Both the position numbers and the translations under genes were made by a program. The notes beneath the pieces are model-generated. The model was given only the letters and a program-made list of their open reading frames with translations. It did no database searches and had not been told where the DNA came from. From Treponema sp. (lineage in GTDB: Bacteria; Spirochaetota; Spirochaetia; Treponematales; Treponemataceae), in NCBI GenBank assembly GCA_041669845.1, contig JBAYAJ010000001.1, forward strand, positions 1 through 56,025: 56,025 nucleotides of DNA. Reading direction: 5' to 3'. Every line of letters begins with the position of its first letter. The stretch's first letter is position 1. Below are positions 19,745 to 30,149 of this stretch, piece by piece.

Positions 19745-20647
19745 TTATTTCTTCAAAGATGGAAACAATTCTTCAATTTTGCCAAATGTCCAGCTGCTTA
19801 TCTTAACTGCGTAGTTGTAATCATATTTTTTTTCATCAAGAGTATTTTTAAAAGTATATGCCAAAATTTTTCCTTCAACAGAATTATATACATATATATA
19901 GAGAGAGAGACCATCACCTGACTCAACTTCAATCGAATATACTTTTTTCCCATCCTTCGGAATTGAAGATATTTCACCATGTCTGAGTTCTGAAAGCTTA
20001 GCACACTTTGCTTCAAAACCTTTGTCTTTTTGATCATAAATTATTCCGTTTATTCTTATACGTTGTATATCATCAACGTATGACTTTGTAACATTTCGTG
20101 GAATTACATATGGATCATACCAGAATGATTCTCTTGCTGTAAGAAATACATCCAAATCAGAATCTATTTCATATGAAGAAATTTTATTCGCAGTTCTCAT
20201 ATAACGTCTGTTTTTTGTAAAATTCTGTCCACCAAAGTAAATTTTTGTAGACATATTATTATCGATTTTATATACCAAAGTAACAGCCTGCTGGTCTGAC
20301 AATGAAAAAGAATCCCATTTATTTTTATTGTCAGATATTTTATACATATTGCGAATCTTTGTTAATCGAGAAATAAACGTTTTGACCTGCCTGTTATCTA
20401 CCGGAAATACAACGTCGTCACACATACCTTCCCATAAATCATTCCCATTCCGGCGGTACAACTTCATAGAAATATTTTCTCCTGATATCACCATTTCAGT
20501 CAGCATATTTTCGTATTTTCGGTTCATAAGTACAGATTGAAAATGTTTTTCCTCATTACGTCCACGAACCGCTGAAATAAAAGAAATCCCATAAAATACT
20601 ATTAATACTGCAGATACATATACTAATAGAACACTATTTTTTTTCAT
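19745..20647 (-). CDS. DUF4340-like membrane-anchored protein
   Basis: N-terminal TM; located downstream of a GldG-like gene; pattern W......FPVD...VKTFISRL. Confidence 0.65.
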   Translation of the reverse strand: MKKNSVLLVYVSAVLIVFYGISFISAVRGRNEEKHFQSVLMNRKYENMLTEMVISGENISMKLYRRNGNDLWEGMCDDVVFPVDNRQVKTFISRLTKIRNMYKISDNKNKWDSFSLSDQQAVTLVYKIDNNMSTKIYFGGQNFTKNRRYMRTANKISSYEIDSDLDVFLTARESFWYDPYVIPRNVTKSYVDDIQRIRINGIIYDQKDKGFEAKCAKLSELRHGEISSIPKDGKKVYSIEVESGDGLSLYIYVYNSVEGKILAYTFKNTLDEKKYDYNYAVKISSWTFGKIEELFPSLKK

Positions 20648-22898
20648 TGAGCAGCCCCCTGAGGAGTTCTTTATTCATCTTTCTGCGCCGAAGAATAGTA
20701 ATTATATAAGCAACTGCATACAGTAACGGAATAATGAGAAACAATAAGATATACATTCTTGTCATCATGGTTTTGAATGTTACCATATCTGAAAATTTAT
20801 ATAATGTCGTCGATGATGCATTTTTGTTTTGTAGAGATTCCAATCCTTCTTCCCCATCGAGTTTTAAAACCATATGCGTCAGAAAATCAAGATTACGATA
20901 ATCACCGGAACTTCCACCCGCATATTCCATCATCAGGCTGTCGGCAAAGTACTGATCTCCAACGACTGCAATTCTTGTTTTTACACTTTCCTGCGGAGTA
21001 AAATATCCCCTTATTTTTCCATCAAGGTATGCACCGAGAATAAACTGTTTTTTGCTTTTGTTTGTCTGTAAATTTCGAACAATAAATGGATTTGTTTCAA
21101 ACAGTTTTGTTCGGTTTGAATCATCTTCATCTATTGTCCACGCAGAAGTACTCGAAACCAAAAGAGGTTCTATGCTTTCATTTTCAATAGACAGAGGGCT
21201 TGGCCAGAATAAAGTCATCCCCTGCCTTTCTTCTTTCTGCGGAAGAAGACTTATCCACAACGGATAATTAATCTGTTCTGAATGAGATGAATCTGAGTAT
21301 TTACCTTTTTCATCTGTATCGCTTGTCATTGTTATTCGTGCACAAGAAATATCTGCCACTATTTCCGGGGTAAAACTGAACCCATACGAAGAAAGCATTT
21401 TCAGTAAAACACCGTTATCCTCTTTTGTAATCGACCAATTTCCGGAAACATCCGCCACATATGGTGATACCGCAAAAAAAACTTTTCCACCGCGGAGTAT
21501 AAATGATTCGACAGCCGCCGCTTCGTCATCATTAAATTTTGAGGAACCAAATACAAGCAATACTGTATCAGTATCTGTTTCTGCCAGTTTTTCGGAGATA
21601 TTTTCAATATATATTTCTGTGCATATTATCCCCTGCGATGTAAGCCACGGAATAACATAGGTATAATCGCTGGTTGTATTTTTTCCGTTACCGCAAAGCA
21701 CTGTAACACTCATTTTTTTCCCTGTCAGCAGTGTATCAACGCAGCGGTCAAGATCATATTCGAGTGTATTTACAGAAATTATGAATGGAATAACCTGATT
21801 CTTTCCCCCATATTCTATAACCACCGCAGAGTATACATTTAAATATTCAGTCTTATTTATTCCACCAGTCTGTATCTGTTGACTCTGAATACCATAATTA
21901 TCCAGCAGACCGGAAACTTTTTCTTTGTCAGGATCAAGAAGCTTCAGACTCACGTCTTTATTTGTAGAAGCGTACTCATCAAGATAGTCATAGATATCGC
22001 GAACCTGCGGATAAAGCTTTACGAGGGCTGGCGAGCGAAAATATGTTATTTTAAGAGGATCATCAATCCGTGATAAAAGCTGAGTACTATATTTTGATAT
22101 TGTAAACTGTTTATCGCGCGTAAAATCAATACGGCAATAATACCGTGTACTGTCCAAAAAAACAAAAATAATAACCAGCAGCATGAGAAAAAAAGTTTTT
22201 TTATTCTCTTTTGTAATTTTTTTTCCTTTTTTCTTTTCTCGAATATAAACAGCTGTCAGAAGGAAGAAAAACGTCAGACAGACATAGAAAATAATATCGC
22301 GTGTGTCCAGAATTCCTTTTGAGGCAGCATCGAAATGATAGGTAAAACTCAGTCGCCGGAAAGAAACAGCAAGCTGAATAAAATCCGTTACTGCAATAAA
22401 AAGTGCAGAAAAAACGAATGCAACGCCCCGGCTGAAAATAAAACCGGCAGCCAGACAGAACGAAATCACGCACGCTTCGTAAATTACAATAAGGAAAAAA
22501 CCAGTGCATATTTGTCCCGGATCAACATCACCGAACAGACTTACGCACACAGGCAGCAGCAGCAGCGTCATACTCATGATACAAAACTGTATAAGCATGG
22601 TAAGAAATGAAGCTATGGTGTACTCTGCAGAAGAAAGAGGAAATGTACCGAAAAATCCAGAATCATCGGTTCCCGACGATATAACAGGAATGAGCAGTAT
22701 GCTTACATACGGAATGGCTGCAAAAAAAAGTCTGAGATCAGTACTACCAGTACCGGAAAAAAATCCTGTTCCTTTAATATAATAAAGTATGCATGCTGCA
22801 TTATATAAAACTGATACAACAAAAAAAACAGGACGCCGAAGCGCAGAAATAACGGAATAACGAAGAAATTGTTTAAATGGTGTCTTATTCATCTTCAC
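20634..22898 (-). CDS. GldF-like permease fused to GldG-like periplasmic domain
   Basis: TM region with HFDAASKGILDTRDIIFY; RIDFTRDKQFTIS; LEYDL; FILRGGK; VVGDQYF; NLDF; C-terminal TM. Confidence 0.82.
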   Translation of the reverse strand: MKMNKTPFKQFLRYSVISALRRPVFFVVSVLYNAACILYYIKGTGFFSGTGSTDLRLFFAAIPYVSILLIPVISSGTDDSGFFGTFPLSSAEYTIASFLTMLIQFCIMSMTLLLLPVCVSLFGDVDPGQICTGFFLIVIYEACVISFCLAAGFIFSRGVAFVFSALFIAVTDFIQLAVSFRRLSFTYHFDAASKGILDTRDIIFYVCLTFFFLLTAVYIREKKKGKKITKENKKTFFLMLLVIIFVFLDSTRYYCRIDFTRDKQFTISKYSTQLLSRIDDPLKITYFRSPALVKLYPQVRDIYDYLDEYASTNKDVSLKLLDPDKEKVSGLLDNYGIQSQQIQTGGINKTEYLNVYSAVVIEYGGKNQVIPFIISVNTLEYDLDRCVDTLLTGKKMSVTVLCGNGKNTTSDYTYVIPWLTSQGIICTEIYIENISEKLAETDTDTVLLVFGSSKFNDDEAAAVESFILRGGKVFFAVSPYVADVSGNWSITKEDNGVLLKMLSSYGFSFTPEIVADISCARITMTSDTDEKGKYSDSSHSEQINYPLWISLLPQKEERQGMTLFWPSPLSIENESIEPLLVSSTSAWTIDEDDSNRTKLFETNPFIVRNLQTNKSKKQFILGAYLDGKIRGYFTPQESVKTRIAVVGDQYFADSLMMEYAGGSSGDYRNLDFLTHMVLKLDGEEGLESLQNKNASSTTLYKFSDMVTFKTMMTRMYILLFLIIPLLYAVAYIITILRRRKMNKELLRGLLNEKK

Positions 22899-23634
22899 CC
22901 CGCGTCAGCATCAGAAAAGCTTCTTCCAGAGTCTGAACTCCGCATGAATCCGCAATAGTCTGTTCCGTACCTTCTGCAACAAGCCTGCCGCGCGAGAGTA
23001 TGACGATTTTACTACATACCGCAGTCACTTCCTGCAGTATGTGCGTTGATAAAAGCACTGTTTTGGTACGCGAAATTCGTTTTATGAGCGAACGTATCTG
23101 AGCAATCTGAACGGGATCAAGTCCGCTTACCGGTTCATCCAGAACAATATCAGGAGGATCGGCGACGAGCGCCTGGGCAAATGAGACACGCTGGCAGAAA
23201 CCTTTAGACAGAATTCCTATTCTCTTTGTATATACCGGTTCAAGAGAGCATTCCGTTACAACACGTACAACCGCGTTTTTTTTATCTTCGCCATACAGAC
23301 CACGGACATCTGCACATTCTTCAAGCAGTTCTGCAACAGTTAGTTCTTTCGGAAGCATTGCCTGCTCGGGAACAAATCCGACAAGTCCTTTTACAACAGA
23401 GGTTTCCTCTGCAGCATCATGCATCACGCCGTCATTTCCGCTTACAAAAACATGTCCGGCAGATGCATAATGCTGTGCACATACGGCACGTAGTATTGTT
23501 GTTTTCCCGGCACCGTTGGGACCGAGAAGTGCCGTTGCACAGCCCTTCTCGGCAGAAAATGTTACATGTTCTGCTGCAGCGAAGCTGTTTTTCCCGCTGC
23601 CGTATGTTTTGGAAAAATCAGCAAGTCTTATCAT
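22885..23634 (-). CDS. ABC transporter ATP-binding protein (GldA-like)
   Basis: GPNGAGKTT, LSKGFCQRV, LDEPVSGLDP, STH. Confidence 0.93.
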   Translation of the reverse strand: MIRLADFSKTYGSGKNSFAAAEHVTFSAEKGCATALLGPNGAGKTTILRAVCAQHYASAGHVFVSGNDGVMHDAAEETSVVKGLVGFVPEQAMLPKELTVAELLEECADVRGLYGEDKKNAVVRVVTECSLEPVYTKRIGILSKGFCQRVSFAQALVADPPDIVLDEPVSGLDPVQIAQIRSLIKRISRTKTVLLSTHILQEVTAVCSKIVILSRGRLVAEGTEQTIADSCGVQTLEEAFLMLTRGEDE

Positions 23635-23642
23635 CTTTTCCC

Positions 23643-24569
23643 TTAATCAATATACGGAATGTCAAAATGCATGCGGTCCTTTGAGAGCTCCGCGGACGGG
23701 TATATTTTTCTGGCCTGTTCAAGAAGTACATTAAGCTCTTTATCAGTATACCGCGGACTGTAATGAATCATTGCCATCCGCCGTACACCCGCATCACGGG
23801 CGATTGTTGCAGCCTGACTTGCTGTCATGTGCTTTTTTTCACGTGCCTGATCTATAAGTGCATCCTCGAACATTCCCTCGCAGATAAGCAGATCGGAACC
23901 GCGTACTTCATCTGCTATAGAACTCCTGTAAAGCGTATCGGTTACATAACTGAATTTTCGTCCGCTGCGTGCAGGTCCAAGCACCTGTTCCGGCATAATT
24001 GTTTTTCCGTCTCCGGAAATGACGCTTATGCCCTGCTGGAGTTTTCCCCAGAGCGGTCCCATAGGAACGTTAAGCTCTTTCGCTTTTTCAGGACAGAATT
24101 CGCCCGGCCGGTCAAGTTCTTCCAGCGTATATCCTACACAGGTCTTCGTGTGTTCAAGCGGAAATGCTCTGATGTAAAATCCGTCTCCACCGTGGACAAC
24201 ACAGGGAGCCGTAATTTCCTTTACGACGACAGGATAATTTATATACATATCCAGTACTTTTCGGCTCGTTTCAATATATTCAGCGATTTTCGGCGGCCCA
24301 TAGATATACAGCGGTTCCGTCCGGTCAACCTGGGCAGACAGCATCATGATTCCCGGCAGACCCGTCACATGGTCAGCATGTGTATGAGAAACAAATATTG
24401 CATTAATTTTTTTCCATTTAAGATTCAACCGCCGCAGTGAAACCTGCGTCCCTTCTCCGCCGTCGAAAAGAAAAAGGTCTCCCTCTCGTCTAAGAAGTAC
24501 TGATGTAAGATGACGGTACGGAAGCGGCATCATTCCTCCGCAACCTAAAACAAATGCTTCCATGTTCAT
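23643..24569 (-). CDS. rnz: Ribonuclease Z
   Basis: LFDGGEGTQ, SHTHADH, GP-rich exosite (VPMGPLWGKL), YVTDT, HYSPRY. Confidence 0.95.
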   Translation of the reverse strand: MNMEAFVLGCGGMMPLPYRHLTSVLLRREGDLFLFDGGEGTQVSLRRLNLKWKKINAIFVSHTHADHVTGLPGIMMLSAQVDRTEPLYIYGPPKIAEYIETSRKVLDMYINYPVVVKEITAPCVVHGGDGFYIRAFPLEHTKTCVGYTLEELDRPGEFCPEKAKELNVPMGPLWGKLQQGISVISGDGKTIMPEQVLGPARSGRKFSYVTDTLYRSSIADEVRGSDLLICEGMFEDALIDQAREKKHMTASQAATIARDAGVRRMAMIHYSPRYTDKELNVLLEQARKIYPSAELSKDRMHFDIPYID

Positions 24570-25735
24570 TATTCACGTCCTGTGCGGGGAACCGCGCTGC
24601 TGCGGGTAAACAGTTTCTTGATTCGCTTGTGATAAAAGGCCCGGATATCTTCCGCAGCTGTATACAATTTATACAATGCAGAAACAGGTATATCGATTGA
24701 ACCCGGCCTATGTACGATTTTTCCTCCAAAACCGGTTTTAAACAGGTATAAGCCGTACATTGGATGTTTTTTGTCATCCGATGGAGGCATTCCATAAAAA
24801 TCATATACAGGAGAACCGTATGCCTTTGCATCGTTTATTGCCGTCCACTGAAGAAGATATGCCGGCATAAGATTACGTTTTACGTTGTTTGAAGCACCGT
24901 ATAAGTATACAGCTTCACGTTTTGAAAACAGTGTAATGATAGCGGCAAGCGTGTCGCTACCATGTGACGCGACATAGAGCGTAATAAGCGGAGCACCTGA
25001 TGTGCGCCCGGAAGCACTCAGAGAAAGCAGATCTGCATAATACCGTTTTGAATGAATCGCTATACAGTCGCGCGATGCGGTTGTCCTGTACAAATCGTAG
25101 AAGACAGTAAGTGCGTCATCAGTACCGCTGTCACCCGCTTTATATGCGTGCACAATAACACCTTTTCTTTCTGCGAGACGAATGTTGTACCGCCATTTGC
25201 TGCGCATGGCACCAAGCATTGCATCGGGATTCTGCGTAATATCCAGCAGCACGGTATCCGGCGGCTGAATATCGACTTTTGTTTTTACAATTTTCAAATG
25301 ATCTGCAGATGAAAACGATTTCAGCGAGTTCACGAAAAAATCACGGTCTTCGCACGTATAAAAGTCAAGAGGGGGATCAAAACGCACACAGATTGTATTT
25401 TCCGGAAGATACTGCTTCAGTGCAGCTGCAAAATCAATAAGCAGATGTGCATATTCCGCGGTCTGTCCTACCGAATCATGGTATTTTACAGGCAGTTCCA
25501 CCATCATGGGAATATAAGCGATAGAGAAACAAGCATGTTTTTTCCCGAATGTACGAATCAGAACGGAACATGAAAAAGAAAATGATACATCTGCGTTCTT
25601 GACGCTTGCATCAAAATAAAGCGGCTTCCAGCCGTGTTCTGCTTTGAATGCCGCCCAGAACCCCGATTGCAGAAAGCGTCCGCCTGAATCTGCACATGAT
25701 ACAGTCTGAGACAGTTTTATTTCAAACGTAAACAC
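24569..25735 (-). CDS. FemAB-family lipid II aminoacyltransferase
   Basis: FLQSGFWAAFK, KWRYNIRLAERKGV, YLYGAS, YDFYG, GLYLFKTGFGG. Confidence 0.9.
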   Translation of the reverse strand: MFTFEIKLSQTVSCADSGGRFLQSGFWAAFKAEHGWKPLYFDASVKNADVSFSFSCSVLIRTFGKKHACFSIAYIPMMVELPVKYHDSVGQTAEYAHLLIDFAAALKQYLPENTICVRFDPPLDFYTCEDRDFFVNSLKSFSSADHLKIVKTKVDIQPPDTVLLDITQNPDAMLGAMRSKWRYNIRLAERKGVIVHAYKAGDSGTDDALTVFYDLYRTTASRDCIAIHSKRYYADLLSLSASGRTSGAPLITLYVASHGSDTLAAIITLFSKREAVYLYGASNNVKRNLMPAYLLQWTAINDAKAYGSPVYDFYGMPPSDDKKHPMYGLYLFKTGFGGKIVHRPGSIDIPVSALYKLYTAAEDIRAFYHKRIKKLFTRSSAVPRTGRE

Positions 25736-25738
25736 TTT

Positions 25739-28060
25739 TCAGTTTACTCCGCTATTAACAGCACAGGTTGTAGTAAGAGTCCTTCCATCTGCAACAAGTT
25801 TTTTGCCGGCAATCATTACCTGACGGTCGTTTACCTTAATCTCTACCTGAAAAAAAACATCCACACTGATTTCCTTTTCTTTCAGGACTGCAGGATCTGT
25901 TCCTTCCAGAACAACGGGAGTTCCCGGTGCCGCCCACGGCGCTGTAAGCGGTTCAACACACGCTTTTCCGGTTGCATCGGTATAGTCTGCTGCAAGAAGC
26001 ATTCCCCGGCTTTCAACCCCACGCATTTTCCGCGGAGCAAGGTTGTCGGCAAGTATAATGTGCCGGCCCAGCAGATCCTCGGGTTTTAAATACGGGACGA
26101 GTCCGCTCTGGATTACGCGTTCATTTCCGCTTCCATCGTCAAGATGTTCAATATATAGTTTGTCTGATTCAGGGTTACGGTCAACCTGAATTATTTTTGC
26201 AACTTTGAGCGCAATGTATTTATTAAAATGTGACGGCATATCCGCAGCAAGGGGAAGTTTTTCTTTTGGTTTTTCAGCTTTTTTATTCTGATGCCCAGTT
26301 TTATTCCCGATTTCCGTCCGGTTTTTCTGATTTCCGGAGAACTTTTCGCGGAATGCAAGCATAGTTTTCTGATCCATCGGTGTAAAAAACACTTCTGTTG
26401 GTCCGATTTCTGTAAGTCCGTCCATTTGTCCAAGATCATTCCATGTAAGAGCTCCGGTTGAAGAAGGATATCCGGTCCGGCTGTCAAAAATAGTTTTTCC
26501 AAAAAAAGACATGATTTTTTGCGTGTACTGGGGAAGGTACGGTTGTGCCATAATCATAAGGTCTTTTATTACATAGCACAGGTTATGAATAAGCCGCGCT
26601 GCTGTTTCCGGTTCCGTAGTACGTTTCTTCCACGGCTCTGCTGCCTGAAACGCCTTATTTGCAATATCGCTTATGACAAACAACTCGTGAAATGCATCCC
26701 TTAATTCTGCCCATTCAAGCAACTCTGTAATTTTCTGTTCATGTTCGCGTATTTGTGCCCATAATTCTTCATCAACAGGAGCAGCAGGAATTTTACCGTC
26801 ATAGTATTTACTGACAAAAAGTACCGTACGGTTTACCAGATTTCCAAGATTCCCAATAAGTTCACTGTTATACTTCTCCTGAAAATCTTTCCATGTAAAC
26901 TGATAATCTGATTTTTCCGGACGGTTATAAAAGATATAGAAACGCCATGCGTCTGCCGGGATTCCACTTTCCATCGCATCGGTTCCAAACACGCCTACGC
27001 CGCGGGATTTACTGAACTTCCCGTCTTCGTAGTTAAGAAATTCAGTAGAACTCATATGGTATAGTTTTGTCCAGTCACGTCCGGAACCAATAAGGCTCGA
27101 TGGAAAAATGACTGTATGGAACGGTATATTATCTTTTCCAATGAACTGAAAAAGATCAACTTTCGGTTTTCCACGGGCTTCTTCAGATTCTGATGGCAAC
27201 CACCAGCTTTTGTAATCAAACGAAACTTTTCCAGCTGCCGTAAGTTCATCAGCCAGCTGTTTCGTTATGGAAATATAACCGATGGGAGCATCAAACCATA
27301 CATAGAATACTTTGTTTTCATATCCTTCTTTAGGTACGGGAATGCCCCATTTCAGGTCGCGGGTAATGGCACGTTCATTAAGACCGTCGCGGATCCACGC
27401 TTTTGTCATTTGGATTGCATTTGCGGACCACTTTCCCTCTACACTGGCTTTTTCCATCCAGGCGTTAAGTTTAGGAGCAATTGATGGAAGATCTATGTAA
27501 AGGTGTTTTGTTTCACGTACTTCAGGGGTTGCACCGCATGTGTTGCACCGGTGATTTTTGAGATCAACCGGATCAAGCAGTGTACCGCATTTGTCGCACT
27601 GATCACCACGGGCATCTTCATAGCCGCATTTCGGACACGTCCCGCGCACATAACGGTCTGCAAGAAACATTTTACAATGAGGGCAGTACAACTGCTTCGT
27701 TGTATGCTCGTGAATATAACCATTTTTATCCAAGTCGCTGAATATTTCCTGTGTAATTTCTTTAATCTCTTCATTCGACGTACGTCCGAATTTATCAAAC
27801 GCAATGTCGAACCAGTCATAGATTTCCGTATGCAGTTTGTAGTAATAATCACAAAGTTCGCGCGGGCATTTATGCTCTTCAAGCGCTTTCGTCTCTGTTG
27901 CCGTACCATATTCGTCTGTCCCGCAGATGTACAGCGTGTCATAACCACGACTGCGGCAAAAACGTGCAAAAACGTCGGCCGACAGCATTTGTATAAGGTT
28001 GCCCAGATGAGGAACATTGTTTACGTAAGGTAAAGCTGAGGTAATAAGTCTTCTATTCAT
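25739..28060 (-). CDS. metG: Methionyl-tRNA synthetase with C-terminal tRNA-binding domain
   Basis: ITSALPYVNNVPHLGN, zinc knuckles, YVWFDA, KFSKS, C-terminal OB domain. Confidence 0.97.
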   Translation of the reverse strand: MNRRLITSALPYVNNVPHLGNLIQMLSADVFARFCRSRGYDTLYICGTDEYGTATETKALEEHKCPRELCDYYYKLHTEIYDWFDIAFDKFGRTSNEEIKEITQEIFSDLDKNGYIHEHTTKQLYCPHCKMFLADRYVRGTCPKCGYEDARGDQCDKCGTLLDPVDLKNHRCNTCGATPEVRETKHLYIDLPSIAPKLNAWMEKASVEGKWSANAIQMTKAWIRDGLNERAITRDLKWGIPVPKEGYENKVFYVWFDAPIGYISITKQLADELTAAGKVSFDYKSWWLPSESEEARGKPKVDLFQFIGKDNIPFHTVIFPSSLIGSGRDWTKLYHMSSTEFLNYEDGKFSKSRGVGVFGTDAMESGIPADAWRFYIFYNRPEKSDYQFTWKDFQEKYNSELIGNLGNLVNRTVLFVSKYYDGKIPAAPVDEELWAQIREHEQKITELLEWAELRDAFHELFVISDIANKAFQAAEPWKKRTTEPETAARLIHNLCYVIKDLMIMAQPYLPQYTQKIMSFFGKTIFDSRTGYPSSTGALTWNDLGQMDGLTEIGPTEVFFTPMDQKTMLAFREKFSGNQKNRTEIGNKTGHQNKKAEKPKEKLPLAADMPSHFNKYIALKVAKIIQVDRNPESDKLYIEHLDDGSGNERVIQSGLVPYLKPEDLLGRHIILADNLAPRKMRGVESRGMLLAADYTDATGKACVEPLTAPWAAPGTPVVLEGTDPAVLKEKEISVDVFFQVEIKVNDRQVMIAGKKLVADGRTLTTTCAVNSGVN

Positions 28061-28068
28061 ATTAGATC

Positions 28069-28097
28069 ATTATAGATTTTTTAGGATATATGGTCAA
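28069..28097 (-). promoter_or_regulatory. Putative sigma70 promoter of metG
   Basis: TTGACC-17 bp-TATAAT, 8 nt before the ATG. Confidence 0.7.
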
Positions 28098-28114
28098 CGT
28101 AACAAAAATAACAC

Positions 28115-30136
28115 CTATTTTCGCTTTTCAATTTTTTTTGAATTTCTTCGATTTAAGTTAAGAATACTAAAATTGACAGTTTTCTCCATTTCCATACCCG
28201 GTTCCAGCTGTACCGGCCACAACATTGCCGTAGTAAAAGTCATTTCAGCAGGAACAATCTTTGTTCCATTATACTCCGGGCGCATAAATATTATCGGTAC
28301 AAAGTAAAACCCACAGTTCTCATTCGGTTCGAACATAAATGAAAGACCATTCTCATAATCTGAAATCTGAACCACGGAAACATCAGACAACGAACCAGAT
28401 CTGTCGATTTCGCTTGCTGATTTTGTTGTATCGATTTCCTTTCGCTGTGCAGAAGAAACAATTTCCACTTTATAAGGTACAAAGTTTCCTTCAGTATAAT
28501 TTGTCTGAGCAAAATTCGATTCAACGACGAAATTTGCATGCAAAGGAGAACTGCTTTCATTTTTAAGTATATATTGAATAGTAAATCCGTTGGAGTTAGC
28601 CAGATATTTTTTACGAAGGCTGATTTTCTGTTTTCGTTCACCAAATTCTGCCTGAGCAAAAAGCTGAATCTCATTGTGCTGACCGGAAAAACGAGTTTCA
28701 CTGTACTTCAACTGCGAAAAAATTCCAGTACCAGAAGGTTCATTTTTCAAATACTTCCCAATATCATTATCAGAAAAAATATGGTCTACAAACATTCCAC
28801 GGTAATAACCATCGGTACAACCGTCAAATTCTTCAATTCGGCTCGGATTATCCGCATAGTTGCTGGCACTCTGCATAACATCCAGTTCGTATATTTCGCC
28901 GCTAAGCAACTTTATACATGACGTATAATTGAGCATACGGCATATGTATTCATCAGTCCCATCACCGTCATAATCAAAACTTGAAATAGATTCATCAAAT
29001 TTACCACAATCACGCACAATCATTTCTGCTTCATTCAGACACCGATATGCTTTTTGCCTGTATGTAGAATTAACAAGAGACCCTTTTGAAGTACAGACGA
29101 AACCTTCTCCGCTCTGTGCCGCCCACAATTTCTCACGTGCAGCTTTTTTTCGTGCTTTATCGCCGTGATATTGGTTTATAAGCATACTTACATACAACAT
29201 GCGGCAACAAAGCGCAAGACTCTGCGGATATGTTTGCAGAAAATCGTAAATCGTAACAGGATATCCGTCATTTTTTGTCACCGATGTATAAGGGATCTTT
29301 GCCCATTGTGCAATATCAGAACTTAATCCCGCTGTAATAAAAGCAGGGACTCGTACCGGAGCAATTCTACGGTACGACGACGGATACGAAAAATGAATTG
29401 TACTGCTGAATTTCTCTTTTGCTGTTTCATAAATTGAAAAAAGATATCCACTTTTGAGCAGTTGATGGAATTCCTCATGGGAAAACAGTATATCTACATA
29501 CCGTTCATTTTCATCTCTGTCATAACAATCGCCGTGAACATTTTTTTTCACTGATGAAAACAGCAATGACAGATATTCTTCTGCAGAAACTTCTTCCGAC
29601 GGTTTATATTTTCTATAAAACGGAATGATATCAATCGATTTTCCCCTGTCAGACATAATAACAGGCAGGTACATTAGTTTTGAAGGCGCAATAATAGAAC
29701 TGTCAAGCAACACATACTCAATACCGCATGTTTCAAGACTTGTCACAAGCGATGTATCCCAGCTGCTGGCACAAACCGTCATACCTCTTGGACGTTTACC
29801 TGTCGTTTGGCGTATCTCTGCAGAAAGCATATCGACCTGTCCACTGCGATCAATCGGAAAAAGCAGTGGAAAAACAGGATTATAAAATCCGCCCCCAAGA
29901 ACTTCCACCTGCTTTCTACTTGTAAGTTGCTGCAGAATTTCTAAAAACTCAGGATGTTTTTTCTTAAAAAATTGAAGTTGATTTCCACTAAAAGAAAAAG
30001 ACAAACTGCAATCAGGATGAGAATATAAAAATGTTGCTGCGGGTTTATACACATCCAGATAATCTTTTTCACTATCGGGAAGTGTCATGCCGGCTGGCGC
30101 AGATTCCAGACCGAAACAGACACATAATGAATTCAT
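28115..30136 (-). CDS. GH57-family (4-alpha-glucanotransferase-like) protein, catalytic motifs degenerate
   Basis: VEVLGGGFYNPVFPLL, KRPRG, GIEYVLLD, DYDGDGTDE and a C-terminal beta domain match GH57 architecture. HxHQP and GxWLxE are not recognisable. Confidence 0.8.
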   Translation of the reverse strand: MNSLCVCFGLESAPAGMTLPDSEKDYLDVYKPAATFLYSHPDCSLSFSFSGNQLQFFKKKHPEFLEILQQLTSRKQVEVLGGGFYNPVFPLLFPIDRSGQVDMLSAEIRQTTGKRPRGMTVCASSWDTSLVTSLETCGIEYVLLDSSIIAPSKLMYLPVIMSDRGKSIDIIPFYRKYKPSEEVSAEEYLSLLFSSVKKNVHGDCYDRDENERYVDILFSHEEFHQLLKSGYLFSIYETAKEKFSSTIHFSYPSSYRRIAPVRVPAFITAGLSSDIAQWAKIPYTSVTKNDGYPVTIYDFLQTYPQSLALCCRMLYVSMLINQYHGDKARKKAAREKLWAAQSGEGFVCTSKGSLVNSTYRQKAYRCLNEAEMIVRDCGKFDESISSFDYDGDGTDEYICRMLNYTSCIKLLSGEIYELDVMQSASNYADNPSRIEEFDGCTDGYYRGMFVDHIFSDNDIGKYLKNEPSGTGIFSQLKYSETRFSGQHNEIQLFAQAEFGERKQKISLRKKYLANSNGFTIQYILKNESSSPLHANFVVESNFAQTNYTEGNFVPYKVEIVSSAQRKEIDTTKSASEIDRSGSLSDVSVVQISDYENGLSFMFEPNENCGFYFVPIIFMRPEYNGTKIVPAEMTFTTAMLWPVQLEPGMEMEKTVNFSILNLNRRNSKKIEKRK

Positions 30137-30149
30137 CTACTTTTATTAA

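Noticed and set aside
23763-24440. 225-aa antisense ORF, and similar shadow ORFs (3426..3995, 27503..28033, 35373..35879)
   Set aside because: They overlap well-supported genes on the other strand and show no recognisable motifs.
22900-28000. Apparently higher GC than the 5.4-22 kb block
   Set aside because: Judged by eye only; the genes are core housekeeping with no mobility signals, so horizontal transfer is unsupported.
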